A DNA stretch of 64,000 nt from Octopus vulgaris (taxonomy: Eukaryota): contig OX597814.1 in the NCBI GenBank assembly GCA_951406725.2, positions 117,924,001 through 117,988,000 of the forward strand, read 5' to 3'. The notes beneath the pieces were generated by a model that searched no databases, had not been told where the DNA came from, and saw nothing but the letters and a program-made list of their open reading frames with translations. How positions within the stretch are numbered: position 1 is the first letter of the stretch; each line of letters opens with the position of its first letter. A program made the translations under genes and the position numbers. This document shows, one piece after another, positions 42,164 through 55,496 of this stretch.

Positions 42164-43363
42164 TATGTCTACATTCATAAGTGCACACACACGTACACAC
42201 ATACACTTATATACATACACATATATACATAAATGTATATGTATACATGCAGGCGTGCATATATATATGTGTATGTATATGTATGTGTGTGTGTGTGTGT
42301 ATGTGTGTGTGTGTGTTTATATGTGTTTATATTGAAGACTAAATGATTATCTTTTTTTTAATTATTAGCGTACACTTGAGCGAACGTGTGTACCTATGCT
42401 GTTACAAGAATCAACATTTAACCATTTATTTTAAACTATATTTTTTTATCCTCTATTCAATCACAGTTTACTTAGTAGATTGATTGAGATTTGTCTCATA
42501 ATTCTAATTATTGTAATGCGATCTACTGTTAATTCTCTCTTTCTATTTATAGGTGAGAATTGAGAAAACATAAAGAAAAATACCAAGTGGACCGAGAAGC
42601 TCGATGAAATATTGATTCAGTACATTAAATAGGGTGAGAAAGTGTTGGGGAGAAAAACATTAGTTTTTGAATGATGCTATGAATAAAAGCCGACTATATT
42701 TGACTGAAAATATTTAGATAATTGCTATGTTTCTATATTGTCCATGTTGAGGTATACGTCTTTCTAACATTAAGAAAAATTAGATGGATGTACATACATA
42801 TAGTGTGAGAAAAACAGAGATAATAAGGAGTTTGACTCATTAGTTTCAGGTGTTTATGACTATATTTTATATATCCTAAATTTGGTACTTTATTAATGTG
42901 ATCTATATGAGAAAATTCTTCAAATACTATTTTAAAAAATCGTAATTTATCTAACAAGGGAAATCAAAGAAAAATTACGTTTATGAATGTATCAAATATC
43001 TTTCCGCAAAAATTATATACCTGTTCGAAGGCGACAATACAATCAGTCGCTTATTCTCTCATACACATTAGTGCAGACAAATTTCCTGCTCTCCAGTAAT
43101 TTTAATTTCATCATTCTCGATATTTTACATCTTACTTTCTAATAAACTGAAATTGTTTCTATCTCTTCTCTCTCTTCGTCTGATCACTTATGACGCTTTT
43201 TTGAATAGTCATGTACTTGTGCTTCGTGCATACGGTGGTATTGTGTAAAAACATTTTGTAGGGACGTGTGGATACACGTATATATGTATATATGAATGTA
43301 TACAGTTACAGCACACACACAGACATCAGCGAACATAGAAAGGTTCACATTTTCATATGCATC

Positions 43364-43464
<101 letters not shown>

Positions 43465-43520
43465 GATTTCTTCTACTATTTATTCTATAATAAATTATTA
43501 CTCTCTATGTATTAGTACCT

Positions 43521-43565
<45 letters not shown>

Positions 43566-43844
43566 TAGAATGCTGGTGTGTCTTCAATATATGTTTCAAA
43601 GAACTATTATTCGCGAATAGACATACAGGCAACTCTACGTGCGTCTATGTTCCTGTTTCTACTGGTGGAATCACAACAGCTTTGAATATAATGTTCTGCA
43701 ATATTTATTCCGAATCAATTATTCAACTTTGCTTTTCCTCCTTTTGACTTAAAACATGAAATTTGAAACAGAGGACGAAGTAGCTCCCTCTACATCCAAC
43801 TGAGTTATACAGTAAAACCTAATAGATTAAAAGTAAGTGAGCCG

Positions 43845-44000
43845 ATAACGTATCCGTCACATAGCAGTTCTCCAACGGATCAGTATAATAGATACCAGGC
43901 TTTTGAAAACAAATAATATGTACTGTGATGGATTTGTGTGGCCAAAATTTAAGGCGGTGGCCCAGCATGGCAGCAATCTAATGACTGAAATAAGTAACAT
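43845..44000 (+). mobile_element. SINE family B, degenerate 3' part
   Basis: aaggcggtggcccagcatggcagcaatctaatgactgaaataagtaa. Confidence 0.65.
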
Positions 44001-45009
44001 GCATAGAAATATTTTTTCTACAATTTTTTAAATATGGAAATTAATTACATCTCTGTGATCCAGACGACATGTTTATCACGCGGTATTTCAGTTACCATAT
44101 ATTTCAGTTACCATGATATTCACGCAGCTTGAACGATCTTGGTTGGAAACTCCGAGCAATGTGCAGCACGCCACAAGTGGTGCCGTTAGTTGCGTGCATT
44201 TGTGTGTGTGCATTGTTAATATCATACTTATTAATAGGTCATAACCGTCGCTACCGGTAGAAGTATTTGTAAATCATGAGCACAACATCTTTTCTTAGGG
44301 TTCCGCAAAAAGGTTCCTAGTGGTTCTGTAAGATAAGCTAATGCTAATTTCATGAGCATAATATTATTACACATGCACAACACATTACTGATTATTGTCA
44401 TATTGTAATATAGATATCCTATTATGTTATCATGTTATCATGCACAAAAGACTTCACCTCAACGCGGAAAGAAGTCCTAGGTGAGCAACTAGCAATCGAT
44501 GCAATCAACTAGACCCCCCTCCCTGAAAATTTGAGGCCTTCTACCTATAGTTGAAAGGTTCATTATATTATTCAGTGTGTATTATTAATAGACGTTGTCA
44601 CGTTACGTTTTTCGGTAACCCATGGAAAGATATCGGATAATTTGTATATCGTGTATTGTAAGGAACAACTGAAATACATTTTCAGCTATGACGAACACTC
44701 TCGTATTGTTTGAGGAAAGGCATGCGAATTATTTCTATTGCCTACCATTTATGCTTTTCAACTTCATCAAGTCTCACTTTCATATGCTCTATCTTGTCAG
44801 CTTTAGCATTATATTCTATTTTGCTGCTCCATATCTTCTTCTAGAACTCTTCCACTTCCCCATTCTTATGTGGATCCTTTGCTTGTATCTTACCAAGAGA
44901 TAAAGTAATTTTCCTTATTTCTTAAGCTGAGGTCCAATTTGAACTGATACCACAAATTAGATTAACTGGAACAGATTACTGATATATATATATATATATA
45001 TATATTGCG

Positions 45010-45396
45010 TGAGGCGCAATCGCTCAGTGGTTACGGCAGCGGATTCACGGTGGTAGGATCGTGGTTTCGATTGATAGACCGGGTGTTGTGACTGTTTATT
45101 GAGCGAAAACACCTAAAGCTCTACGAGGCTCCGGCAGGGGGTGGGGTGGGGTTGCGAACCCTGCTTTACTCCTTCACTACAAATTTCTCTCACTTTTTCA
45201 TCTTCTTCCTGTTGTACCTGTGTTTCAAAGGACCAGCCTTGTCACACTCTGTGCCACGTTGAATCTTCCCCGATAACTATTTTAAGGGTACACATGTCTG
45301 TGGAATGCTCAGCCACTTGCACATTTTAATTTAATGAACAGGCTGTTCCATTGATCTGATCAACTGGAACCCGCGTCGTCATAACCGACGGAGTGG
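45010..45396 (+). mobile_element. tRNA-derived SINE family C
   Basis: A box-like TCGCTCAGTGG, B box-like GGTTTCGATT; GC-rich body ending caactggaacccgcgtcgtcataaccgacggagtg. Confidence 0.75.
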
Positions 45397-46110
45397 TACT
45401 TTCATATTTATTGCATTAAAAAATAACCAGGCATATTTAAATCAACAAAATACATAACTTAATGGTATTTATCTCTGCTGTTTAAATATAAAAATTATAA
45501 ATTATTATCCAGAAAATGATCGAAATTATCTAAATTTACGAATCCCCTCTTCGATGCTGTTGAACAAATATACTAAAGAAAGATAACGCACTCCCTCTTC
45601 TTTTCCGACCACACTGCCATGACATCTCTAAGGAGAATAAACAGACATGTTATCTCTCCCCAAATACCCGTAATAAGGAAAACAAAACAAAAAAAAAAAA
45701 AAAACGATACTAGCATATTCTCTTTTAATTTCAAGAAATAAACAAAGTCCACACGTGCCGATTGCATCAACGTTGTAACGGTCGTTTCAAGATAAACAAG
45801 ATTTGATAATTCAAATTCATTATAACTGTTTACATAAAATAATATTAAGATCTCTGTTTGCTGTGATAAAAGGAAAGCAAATTTAATCAGTGAAAGCGCT
45901 TTAAATGCATTCAAGTAAAGAAATATATCAAAGTTTTGAAATTTTCGCTTCCTCTCTCTATATAAATATCTTCCTCCTCTTCCTCTCTCTCTCTCTCTCT
46001 CTCTATTTCTCTCACTCTTTCTCTCTGTCTCTCAATATGCATCCATCTACGTTACACGCCCCATACACACATGCAAACATAGTGCACATACATAATATTC
46101 CATTCTCCTC

Positions 46111-46240
46111 TTGGCACAAGGCCCGAAATTCTGGGAGAGGCGTCCGGTCGATTAGATCTACCTCCTTACACAACTGGTACTTAATTTTGCGACCCCGAAA
46201 GGATGAAAGGCAAAGTCGAACTCGGCGGAATTTCAACTCA
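46111..46240 (-). mobile_element. SINE family A, 3' part
   Basis: ggcacaaggcccgaaatt...caactggtacttaattttgcgaccccgaaaggatgaaaggcaaagtcgaactcggcggaattt. Confidence 0.8.
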
Positions 46241-46273
46241 CAATTTCCGGAACTTGTGCTTGTAGTAGAAAGG

Positions 46274-46309
<36 letters not shown>

Positions 46310-46319
46310 TTTTTTGCCT

Positions 46320-47190
46320 GGATTTCCCTCTTACAAAACTTGTTTTAGCACACTTATCAAGGCACACATTCATCCCGATATCATTGCCGAACTCTTTAAC
46401 AGGTGTTAGCAGCCCTACTAACTCTTCGTCATTTCTAGCAAACTACTTCTGATAGTCCTTATAAAACAGATGGTATATTGTCGTATTATAATTTTGAGCC
46501 AATATCTGGTGTTATTCAGTTCGTTTGAGGATGGGATCAGTGCCATGCGAAAGTCTAATGGGGAGAGGGAGTCACTTTGAAAGAAGCAGTATTTGATGTC
46601 GATTTTGTTAGATTGGGTTATCCCATTACTATGGTTTAGAAGGAGACTTGTGTTCGACTTAGCCATGCTACCTTGAAAGAACTTGGAAGCGACATGTGAG
46701 ATATTATATATCCAAAGGGCCTTGAGCAATCAATTATGTGGGACACCATCAAACGCTTTCCTGTTGTCTATCTATGTCAAACTTAGGTTCTTCATTTTGC
46801 ACGGGCAATTCTTTACAATGAATTTATTTATGAGTAATTTATCTTTGCATCCATAAGTATTCCTTTTGCAGCCTTTTTGAGCTTGTGGAAGGATAGCCTT
46901 CTGTTCAAGGAAAGCGTATATTCTTTAAGTTAGTATGGATGAAAGGATCTTTTAGGAGATGCTGTGGCATTTTGTTGGTCGTTAGTTCTTTGAATTTTGT
47001 GTGGCTACAGTTTTTGATAGTAGGTATGTAGTACCTCCAGTCAGCCAGGCAGGTATTTGCTCTGGGTTCTGGATGGCATCAGTTACAGATGCAGAGAAAT
47101 TTTGGCGTGCTTCCGTCAAACAACTCAGTCAGGAATTAAGAATACGTACCACTCCTGGGGTTTTCAATTTCTGAGACTTAGCTAAGAATA
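46320..47190 (-). mobile_element. R4/Dong-like non-LTR retrotransposon, RT-domain fragment
   Basis: Minus strand: PEQIPAWLTGGTTYLL...QKGCKRNTYGCKDKLLIN...KAFDGVPH...FQSDSLSPL...ALIPSSNELN...KEFGNDIGMN..DKCAK; decayed. Confidence 0.85.
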
Positions 47191-47413
47191 CACCTTAGAA
47201 TATTCTCTCACGATATGAAATTATTAGTAGCGTTTTAATAGATGTATTGTGATCGTAACTACATCATATTTATATTCAACGCGATGGAATGCATTTTGTA
47301 GTATTTTTTTCACGGGGCAGTACATTATATATATGTATGTATGTATTTAAGTATGTATTTATGTATGTATGCATGCATGTATGTATGTGTGTATATATAT
47401 ATGTATATATATG

Positions 47414-47446
<33 letters not shown>

Positions 47447-47452
47447 GTATAT

Positions 47453-47614
47453 ATGGCTGTGGGCTGTGTGGTAAGTAGCCTGTCTACCAACCACATGGTT
47501 CCGGGTTCAGTCCCACTGCGTGGCACCTTGGGCAAGTGTCTTCTACTATAGCCTCGGGCCGACCAAAGCCTTGTGAGTGGATTTGGTAGACGGAAACTGA
47601 AGAAGCCCGTCGTA

Positions 47615-47652
<38 letters not shown>

Positions 47653-47878
47653 TGTGTGTGTTTGTGTGTCTGTGTTTGTCCCCATAGCATCACTTGACAA
47701 CCGATGCTGGTGTGTTTGTATCCCCGTCACTTAGCGGTTCGGCAAAAGAGACCGATAGAATAAGTACTGGGCTTACAATAGGATAAGTTCCGGGGTCGAG
47801 TTGCTCGATTAAAGGCGGTGCTCCAGCATGGCCGCAGTCAAATGACTGAAACAAGTAAAAGAGAAAGAGAGTAAAGAG
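47453..47878 (+). mobile_element. SINE family B, full length
   Basis: Head ggctgtgtggtaag...GGTTCAGTCCC, CORE-like ccttgggcaagtgtct, internal TA/GT array, tail ggcggtgctccagcatggccgcagtcaaatgactgaaacaagtaaaagag. Confidence 0.9.
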
Positions 47879-48602
47879 TATATATATATATATATATAAT
47901 ATCAGCATGTGTGTGTATGTGTGTCAGTGTGTTTGAGTGTGTGCGTGTGTGTATGTGTGTTGTATTGTTGTATTATCAGCTTATTATATATCGGCATGTG
48001 GTGAAATTCCCAAATTCGTCTGAAATTTGATTGGAATCAAATCCCTGGAAAATTTTATTTCCAATCAAAGTGTTGAGCATACACATTACTTATAAAATCC
48101 GTGTTGACAACTTACATGTTAATTCATGCTAATACATTAAACGGCGTCTTCTTATCAACTAAAGGATTCAAGTAACGAAGCGTTACTCTATAACCAGATG
48201 TAATCAAACATATGAATCTCTCCGGAGAACTTTCTGCGAATATGTTTCGATTATTGGTGACATTGCAGTTATACTTGTAATTAGTTCTTTATCCATATCT
48301 AATGATCCTCGAGAGCAATTTAACAATATGTGATGTTTGTGTTCGTGGGTATGTGTGAGTGTTTGCATGTGTGTATCTAGCATTTGTGTGGGTTGGATAC
48401 ATCATCGTCACATTTTGTGAGCATAGAGAAAGAAAATTTGGATATCATGTGATATCCAAAAGGCATCTGAGTTTTGCGTTGCATAAAAAAGAAGTCTAAA
48501 TGGATGAAATATATTACCAGCTCCCTTTACATAGAAATACACGTATATGCACAGGCGCAGATACATGTATGTGGTCGTATACATATACATATATATATAT
48601 AT

Positions 48603-49625
48603 TAATAGTCGTTGAATTTCCGCATCATTCTCATCAAACCAGTCTCTGTGTCTGGCAGTAACATACCCCAGTGTTTCGGCTGCACATTGAACAACCTGGT
48701 CACGAAAATCTTCCCATCCTGCAGCAGTTTCAATGCTGGACAAGCGAGTCTGAAGCTCTTTCCTAACCACAACGTCATGTATCTTGTGGACATTTAGACG
48801 GCGAGGAATGCTGACTGGTCCTCTTGTCTCTTTCGCCCTAATCACCATTCGGAACTTTGCTCACACCAGACTGTGGTCTGTCCAGCATTCTGATCCATGC
48901 AAGGACTTGACATTACAAATGTCATAAATGTCGCGCTTGCGGATGATGACGTAATCCAGCAAGTGCCAAACGTTGGACCTTGGATGCATCCATGTTGATG
49001 TGTGGTCACCTTTGTGCACAAAATGAGTAGTTGCAATGTAAAGTCCATGTTCTTCGCAAAGCTCCAGTAGCATGAGACCATTGCTATTAATTTTCCCTAC
49101 TCCAAAACGTCCTAGAGAGTTCCATGTTTGCCAGTCTGTTCCTACTCTGGCATTAAAATCCCCCAGTAGAATGACTCTATCAGAATTGGGGATTTTTCTA
49201 AGTATGGCTCACAGCTGGGTATAAAAGATTATTTTATCTTCATCACAGCTAGTCAAAGTAGGTGCATAGGCACTTATTAGAGTAGCAAACCGCTTACCTT
49301 TCAAATGCAACCGTAGGGTCATTATACGTTCATTTATAGGAACAGGGAGCTCTTCCAACTTCTTCAGGATATCAGATCGGACTGCAAAACCAACACCAGC
49401 CTCTCTGCGCTCCTCCTTCTGCCTTCCGTTCCCAAAAAAGGTGTATCCGCCTCCTATTTCCTCAAGCTGATCATCACCTTCTATACGAGTCTCTGAGAGT
49501 GCAGCTTTTTCAATTTTATAACGGTTCAGCTCACGAGCAACAAGTGCAGTGCGTCTTTCAGGCCTGCAATCACTGTTGTTGTCCAACAGAGTACGCACAT
49601 TCCAAAATGAAATGTTTAAGTTCCG
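48603..49625 (-). pseudogene. RTE-clade LINE ORF, AP-like endonuclease domain + linker, two in-frame stops, RT missing
   Basis: WNVRTLL...RPERRTALVARELNRY...ALSETR...GVGFAV...ISAYAPT...LGDFNARVG...TWMHPRS..HLLDYVI...CWTDHSLV...HRDWFDEND in one frame; TGA at 49209-49211 and 48861-48863. Confidence 0.95.
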
Positions 49626-50580
49626 TCCAGATTTTATAGATAAAAGACCCTTTGTTTTTCGAGCGCAGGGTGGACATCCGTCAGTCGCGCTAAACTGACC
49701 AGATATGGAAAGACAGGCAATTTTTGGTTCACCTTTTCTAGAACCTCCCCGGTCTCCAGGTGAGCAGTGCCCTCTCTAAATGGAGCTGCTCAGACACCCA
49801 TGCAGCAACCGAATCATACCGCTGTCTTGGTGACAAGGAGACGACTTTATATCTAGCATGGGCCGCCTACGTGCAGGTCGCTGACTACATGCTTTCAACC
49901 CGTCAGGTCTGCATGCTTCACCACCGCAGGACTTCCGAATAAAAAAAATATATATATATACTAAAAATGAAGAAAATATATACTAAAAATAAGATATATA
50001 TATATATATATAGAAAAAGAAAAAGGTCGACAATGCCTGTGCAGAGTCCAATAATGGCTTGCACAACACCTCATAGACCCTCTCCACTCTATTGACATTA
50101 ACCAGAGACAAGTCGGAGCAAGATGTCTGGTGCCAATATGAGTCGCAGGCTCAGGGATGTGGGAGCGCCGTGATCTCTAGCACAAACCAAAGATCCACAA
50201 AATGTTCAATGCCATTCCCTGCATATCTGGTTTTATATCAGAGTAACCTTCTCCTAGAGATGTGCATTAACAAAAGCTGAGGGGCGCCTCACTCCCAGTG
50301 GTCTTTCGGCACACCGGATACCACCCCGGTACATTTCTATGTACCCGTGCTAACATTTATTGGATGGCCGTTGACTCTCAAGAGGTCCTCCGCCCTTTGA
50401 CGGGTTTTGTTTTTCATCTAATAAACACCCTCCTCACCAAGCAAGCTCGTGGGTTTGCCGGTTTAGTCGCCGACGACTCGACCATCCAACAGGCTGTACT
50501 GGGTTACATGTTACCAGTAGCACACGAAGGTGACCTGAGATAAGTCCTACGCCTTTTGACGGGTTTTGTTTTTCATCCCG
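49626..50580 (-). mobile_element. Probable RTE 5' UTR (GC-rich), interrupted by an AT-rich microsatellite at 49940-50025
   Basis: Contiguous with the endonuclease ORF; contains ctaggagaaggttactctga; 28-bp direct repeat at 50391 and 50550. Confidence 0.6.
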
Positions 50581-50613
50581 TTTATATATATATATATATA
50601 TATATATATCATA

Positions 50614-50656
<43 letters not shown>

Positions 50657-50763
50657 TATTAGAGACAAAACCACTATTTTGCAAAACAAACAAGGAAAGA
50701 CTTAATCACATATATGCGTACATATATATGTATATATACATAATTATATATATATCTATATAC

Positions 50764-50810
<47 letters not shown>

Positions 50811-51634
50811 CATGTAAATGTACATACATATCTACATATACATACATATATGTATATATTCTTACATATATATAAACAGTTTAAAAATCATACATATACA
50901 TGTGTGTATATAAGCATATCTATATATACATGTATAAATTTGTGCATATGTGAATATTAATATAATAAAATTGCACACATATATTTGTATGATTAGAGAA
51001 AAGTGAAAATGTGTTTGTTTCTCTGTTCATAATGTTAATGATGTGTAAAATATCTTCATTTGTTTATAATTCTCTGTTCATATCCCGACATATTTTCAAG
51101 GGTGTGTTCAGTATTTTTTTCTTTTTGTTTTTTTTCTGTTCAAATTAAATTTACCATCTATAATAAGCTAACACTTGCTTCTTGATGTATATCTCAGTGG
51201 AAATGATCAAAAGGAAGAGTAATTCTTCTTTGCAACATCTTATGTTATTAGATTAGCAGTTATACGATAAACACTTTCAGTAATACTTTTTGGAAATAGG
51301 GAGAGATCAGAAATAAATAATCCCTGTAATTAATTTTGCATCGCACATCTGAGATGTATTCATCCACTGCTTAACATTGCTAGAGGAGTAATATGAAACG
51401 CATAATGCACTCAAAATATACATACATTAATATATACATAAACACTATCACACACACACACATACTTGTATATGTATGCGTGCGTGTATGCATATACAAG
51501 TAGAGAGAGAGAGAATTACAGAGACGGAGGCAGAGGCAGAGAGAGCAATATGTACGCATAATGTATCCATACGTACACAGCACACAAACACACACACATA
51601 TATACATACAAACATACATACATACATACATACT

Positions 51635-51676
<42 letters not shown>

Positions 51677-54198
51677 AGACCTTTTACTCGTTATCCTACA
51701 TAAGTTAATTAGCATATAGTAAATGCACAAATGAGCGGCAAACAGACACGGAATGGCAAGACGGAAATCATATATTAAATGCACATGCGAACGGAAAACG
51801 GACACAGAAGACCCCCAACGCCCCAATTACCGGCGAGAGGGTCAAACGCAATTTTGTGGCTCTAATGCTAATATTGATTCCCTTCTAGTGTCAGCTGGCG
51901 AAGGCTGCCGGTAGAATTCAACCGAAATATCACAGACCGCAAACAGACAAATTTAAAATGAATAAATATGCAATACAGAAGTGATCATACGCAGTAACTT
52001 ATATACATATACATAGCTGATATAATATGCAAGTGCAACCATGACAAAGCGGTGAATATGTATTTATATGAAATATTTTACAACATGGAAAATTTCAATT
52101 TAATTATGAAGAAGTGAAGAATTTAGAATCAAGAACGCTGTTCTGTAGCAATAAATAATAGAAATAGATCGAATATTCTTGATTTTGAACGCCGACCCTT
52201 CTAGAATATATATTAAGAATGCGTCTACATTTCAATTAAGGACCAGTGAGTATTAAAATTCCCCAGCAAAACATCTCAAGATTGATCGTAGTAAACATTA
52301 TCAATTACAAAGTTGGACAATTTCCAACTACTTTGAAGTCTTGTGATTCAGTGCTCTTGTTGTACATAACCATGGTGTAGTCTGTTGGTTACTTCAAGTG
52401 ATGTATTGGAGTATGATAGGAATGTTTAGACAAGTTTGTGCATAATTAAATTCAATTTGATGAACTCCTGAGAAAGTATATAAGAATTCTGAAAGAAATT
52501 CTTGTCATTAACCATTATGGAGTGGTTGAATTTTCTGCATGCTATGTTATTAAAGCTGAATTCATTCCGGAGAATTGTAATAGACAACACTGATGTGAGT
52601 GGCCAAACTGAGTACTTCAGTGAAATATTGAATTCGTGCATTGACACAAAGATGGCTACACAATTCAAATAATGATATAAAGTTTACAACATAGGCTATC
52701 CGTTTAATACTATGGATACAACACACAGTCGAACGTAAATTGGTATCGATATGAACAATAGTTTTGCAAAACAAATAGGTGCCCCTGTATACTTTCTCGA
52801 ATATGTGGACCATTAATGATGTAGAAAGCTAAATCAGGAAACTCCACCATTAGATCTATACATTGTGTATTTAAGATGAAACAATGAAAGTCAAAGATAA
52901 TCATTGAGAGTTTAAAAACTAGAGATGATCAAAACAAATATAGCAATATGCTCTATCCAATGATCTACGAATAGTGGCAATTCACTTAAGGCTATAAATG
53001 CCATTTGATTTTATAATGTAAGTGTACGTAACACAATACTGCCAAACTTGGTCCAGTAAAGTACGGATTATAGTTATTGTCCATTTGATCACAAAGACTA
53101 ATTTATTTGAGAATACTAATAATGAAATATACTATGTATACCCACATGGATTGAAAATATTACTTGCAAATATATAAAACATATGCATTATTTCACACAA
53201 AAACATTTGTATGTTGTTTGGTGGCTTTAGCCGCGATCTAACACTGATATAATCAATCACAATGGAACATGATTCATCCGTTATCATTCTGTATCTCGTC
53301 TTTGGTCACACTGCATATATCCATTCCAATGTTTCATTCCTTCCGTTAGAACTTCAGCTAGTCTTAACTATGATTTTTAATAGTACAAGTAGAATGCTCT
53401 TTACTTCAAAAGTTTTCATTTCATACATTGATTTGGCAGTATACACACGTAATATTTGGTTTCATAGAAGCCGGTATTTTTTATCGTAATAAATATCCTC
53501 AACATTTTTCAAAGAATTCAATATTATAATAGTGTAGATATTGACCATTTCTACATATCAAAGCATCCTAAAACGCTTGAGTCCAGAATGTCTTCTAAAA
53601 CTGATTAACCTGAATAAAGATTCAATATAGTATCGAAAAATTTATCAAACGGCGAACTAAATGCAATTTGTCTGGCAGTGATATGATGTTGCTATCCTCT
53701 TAAGGGAAACAATGAGACATAAAGTCTGCCAGCCTCACAAGACTAAAAACTTGTTTAAATAAAAAAAAATCAGTTACTGTAGTGCATGACGGTAGCATTA
53801 TAAAATTGAACCATAAATAAACCATTAGATCAGTTGATACTTGATTATGAGCAATCTTAAATATATAAATACAAAGAGTAATTGCAAGGCAACGTTGTAC
53901 TCATCATCCTACAAATGCTGACGTTGAAAACATTACGATAATTTATACGATACGCATTACCTACTTACAGTGAGATCTACACGGTTAATGAGAGTAAGAT
54001 ATTTTTGCTCCTGTGCAAGTATTAGAGAGAATTTGTTTCGTTTGTTATAGACCATTGACAACATAGATGGTACTTCAGAAGTAACTCATTTCCTCAAATC
54101 TAGAGATAATTAATTGGTCACTAATAGAAACATTTTAAGAAGTGTGGCCAAGTTGTCAATATTCAGGTTTAAGTGGCTGTACCACTAGATGTTCATTC

Positions 54199-54238
<40 letters not shown>

Positions 54239-54295
54239 TGCATCTATGGATGTATATATATATATACATATATATATAAACTTATATATATATAC

Positions 54296-54340
<45 letters not shown>

Positions 54341-54469
54341 TGTATGTACAAAACATATATGTAGAAGGAAATTGGTAGCATTTGGCTGTATATATCTCTT
54401 TACTATATTATACTCTATTTATATCATCCATATATATTATTATTTTCATTGAATGTATGTACAATAGCA

Positions 54470-54524
<55 letters not shown>

Positions 54525-54546
54525 ATTTTCATTAATAACAATAGCA

Positions 54547-54602
<56 letters not shown>

Positions 54603-54830
54603 CAGTAATTTAAGGCAGTTTGCAATATAAAATGAACAAAATATTTCCATGAAAAACTTTTCATCTGCGATAAGCTCCCCTTAAGCCTAGCTTACAATTT
54701 ACCCATTTAGAATATAACATTTTTATTTTACTGCACATTTGTCCATTAAGTATAGTTTGCTTGGACATTATGGCTTTATTGTCACTTCTATGAAATATTA
54801 AATAACGTTTCCAAATGTAATATGTTTTAC

Positions 54831-54863
54831 CTGAATTGATTCTTATTTCCATCTGGAACTTAC
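54831..54863 (-). other. 33-nt candidate microexon / recursive-splice exon
   Basis: Minus strand: ttaattttttttattttttttattttgCAG|GTAAGT...AATTCAG|gtaaaa; open only in phase 1, (G)KFQMEIRINS(G). Confidence 0.5.
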
Positions 54864-55021
54864 CTGCAAAATAAAAAAAATAAAAAAAATTAAGATATTA
54901 AAATTCTGAAAAGCACTTCATTATATTTCAATGCTTTAAAAATAATAATTATAATAAATATTACTGGTAATCATATTGATATATACATATACATCCATAC
55001 ATTCATTCATAAATACATACA

Positions 55022-55053
<32 letters not shown>

Positions 55054-55172
55054 AATGTATATATTTATATATATATATATAATGTTGAATTTTGAGATGA
55101 TAATCTTTTTTGGAAAAATAAACAAGCGAACTATATATTCCTTCTCCACTCGTTTACTACAGTTCTTTATTC

Positions 55173-55173
55173 C

Positions 55174-55238
<65 letters not shown>

Positions 55239-55255
55239 TAATAATAATAATATTA
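55173..55255. repeat. (AAT)n
   Basis: Directly visible. Confidence 0.95.
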
Positions 55256-55259
55256 ATAT

Positions 55260-55468
55260 GAGCAGGATGCGTTACTCGACCAGAAGAAAATTCTAACTGG
55301 GCCCCACCCGCAAGGTCATGCGCTGTTTATCTTGATATGAGATCACCATGTCGCGCTCATATGTTTGTAATGCATGTGCCTAGTGTACACTTATCAGACG
55401 TGTAGTCATTGGGCTTCGTATATTTTACCCCAGTTTCACTTTGATGGCATGCACTGCTCTCTCACTCA
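55260..55468 (+). mobile_element. Short interspersed element / retroelement 3' end with (AAT)n tail
   Basis: GC-richer block bounded by (AAT)n on both sides, ending catgcactgctctctcactc-aataataat. Confidence 0.5.
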
Positions 55469-55496
55469 ATAATAATAAAAATAATAATAAAAACAA

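Noticed and set aside
45608-45619. accacactgcca, complementary to the first 12 nt of miR-34
   Set aside because: No hairpin and the match stops at 12 nt; a chance hit is plausible given the number of miRNA families I considered.
45592-45627. 36-nt minus-strand exon candidate (ctccttag|...GGA|gtgcgt)
   Set aside because: Moderate donor, open in all frames, no supporting homology.
52426-52904. Three overlapping minus-strand ORFs
   Set aside because: Different frames, no domain recognised, no consistent splice sites.
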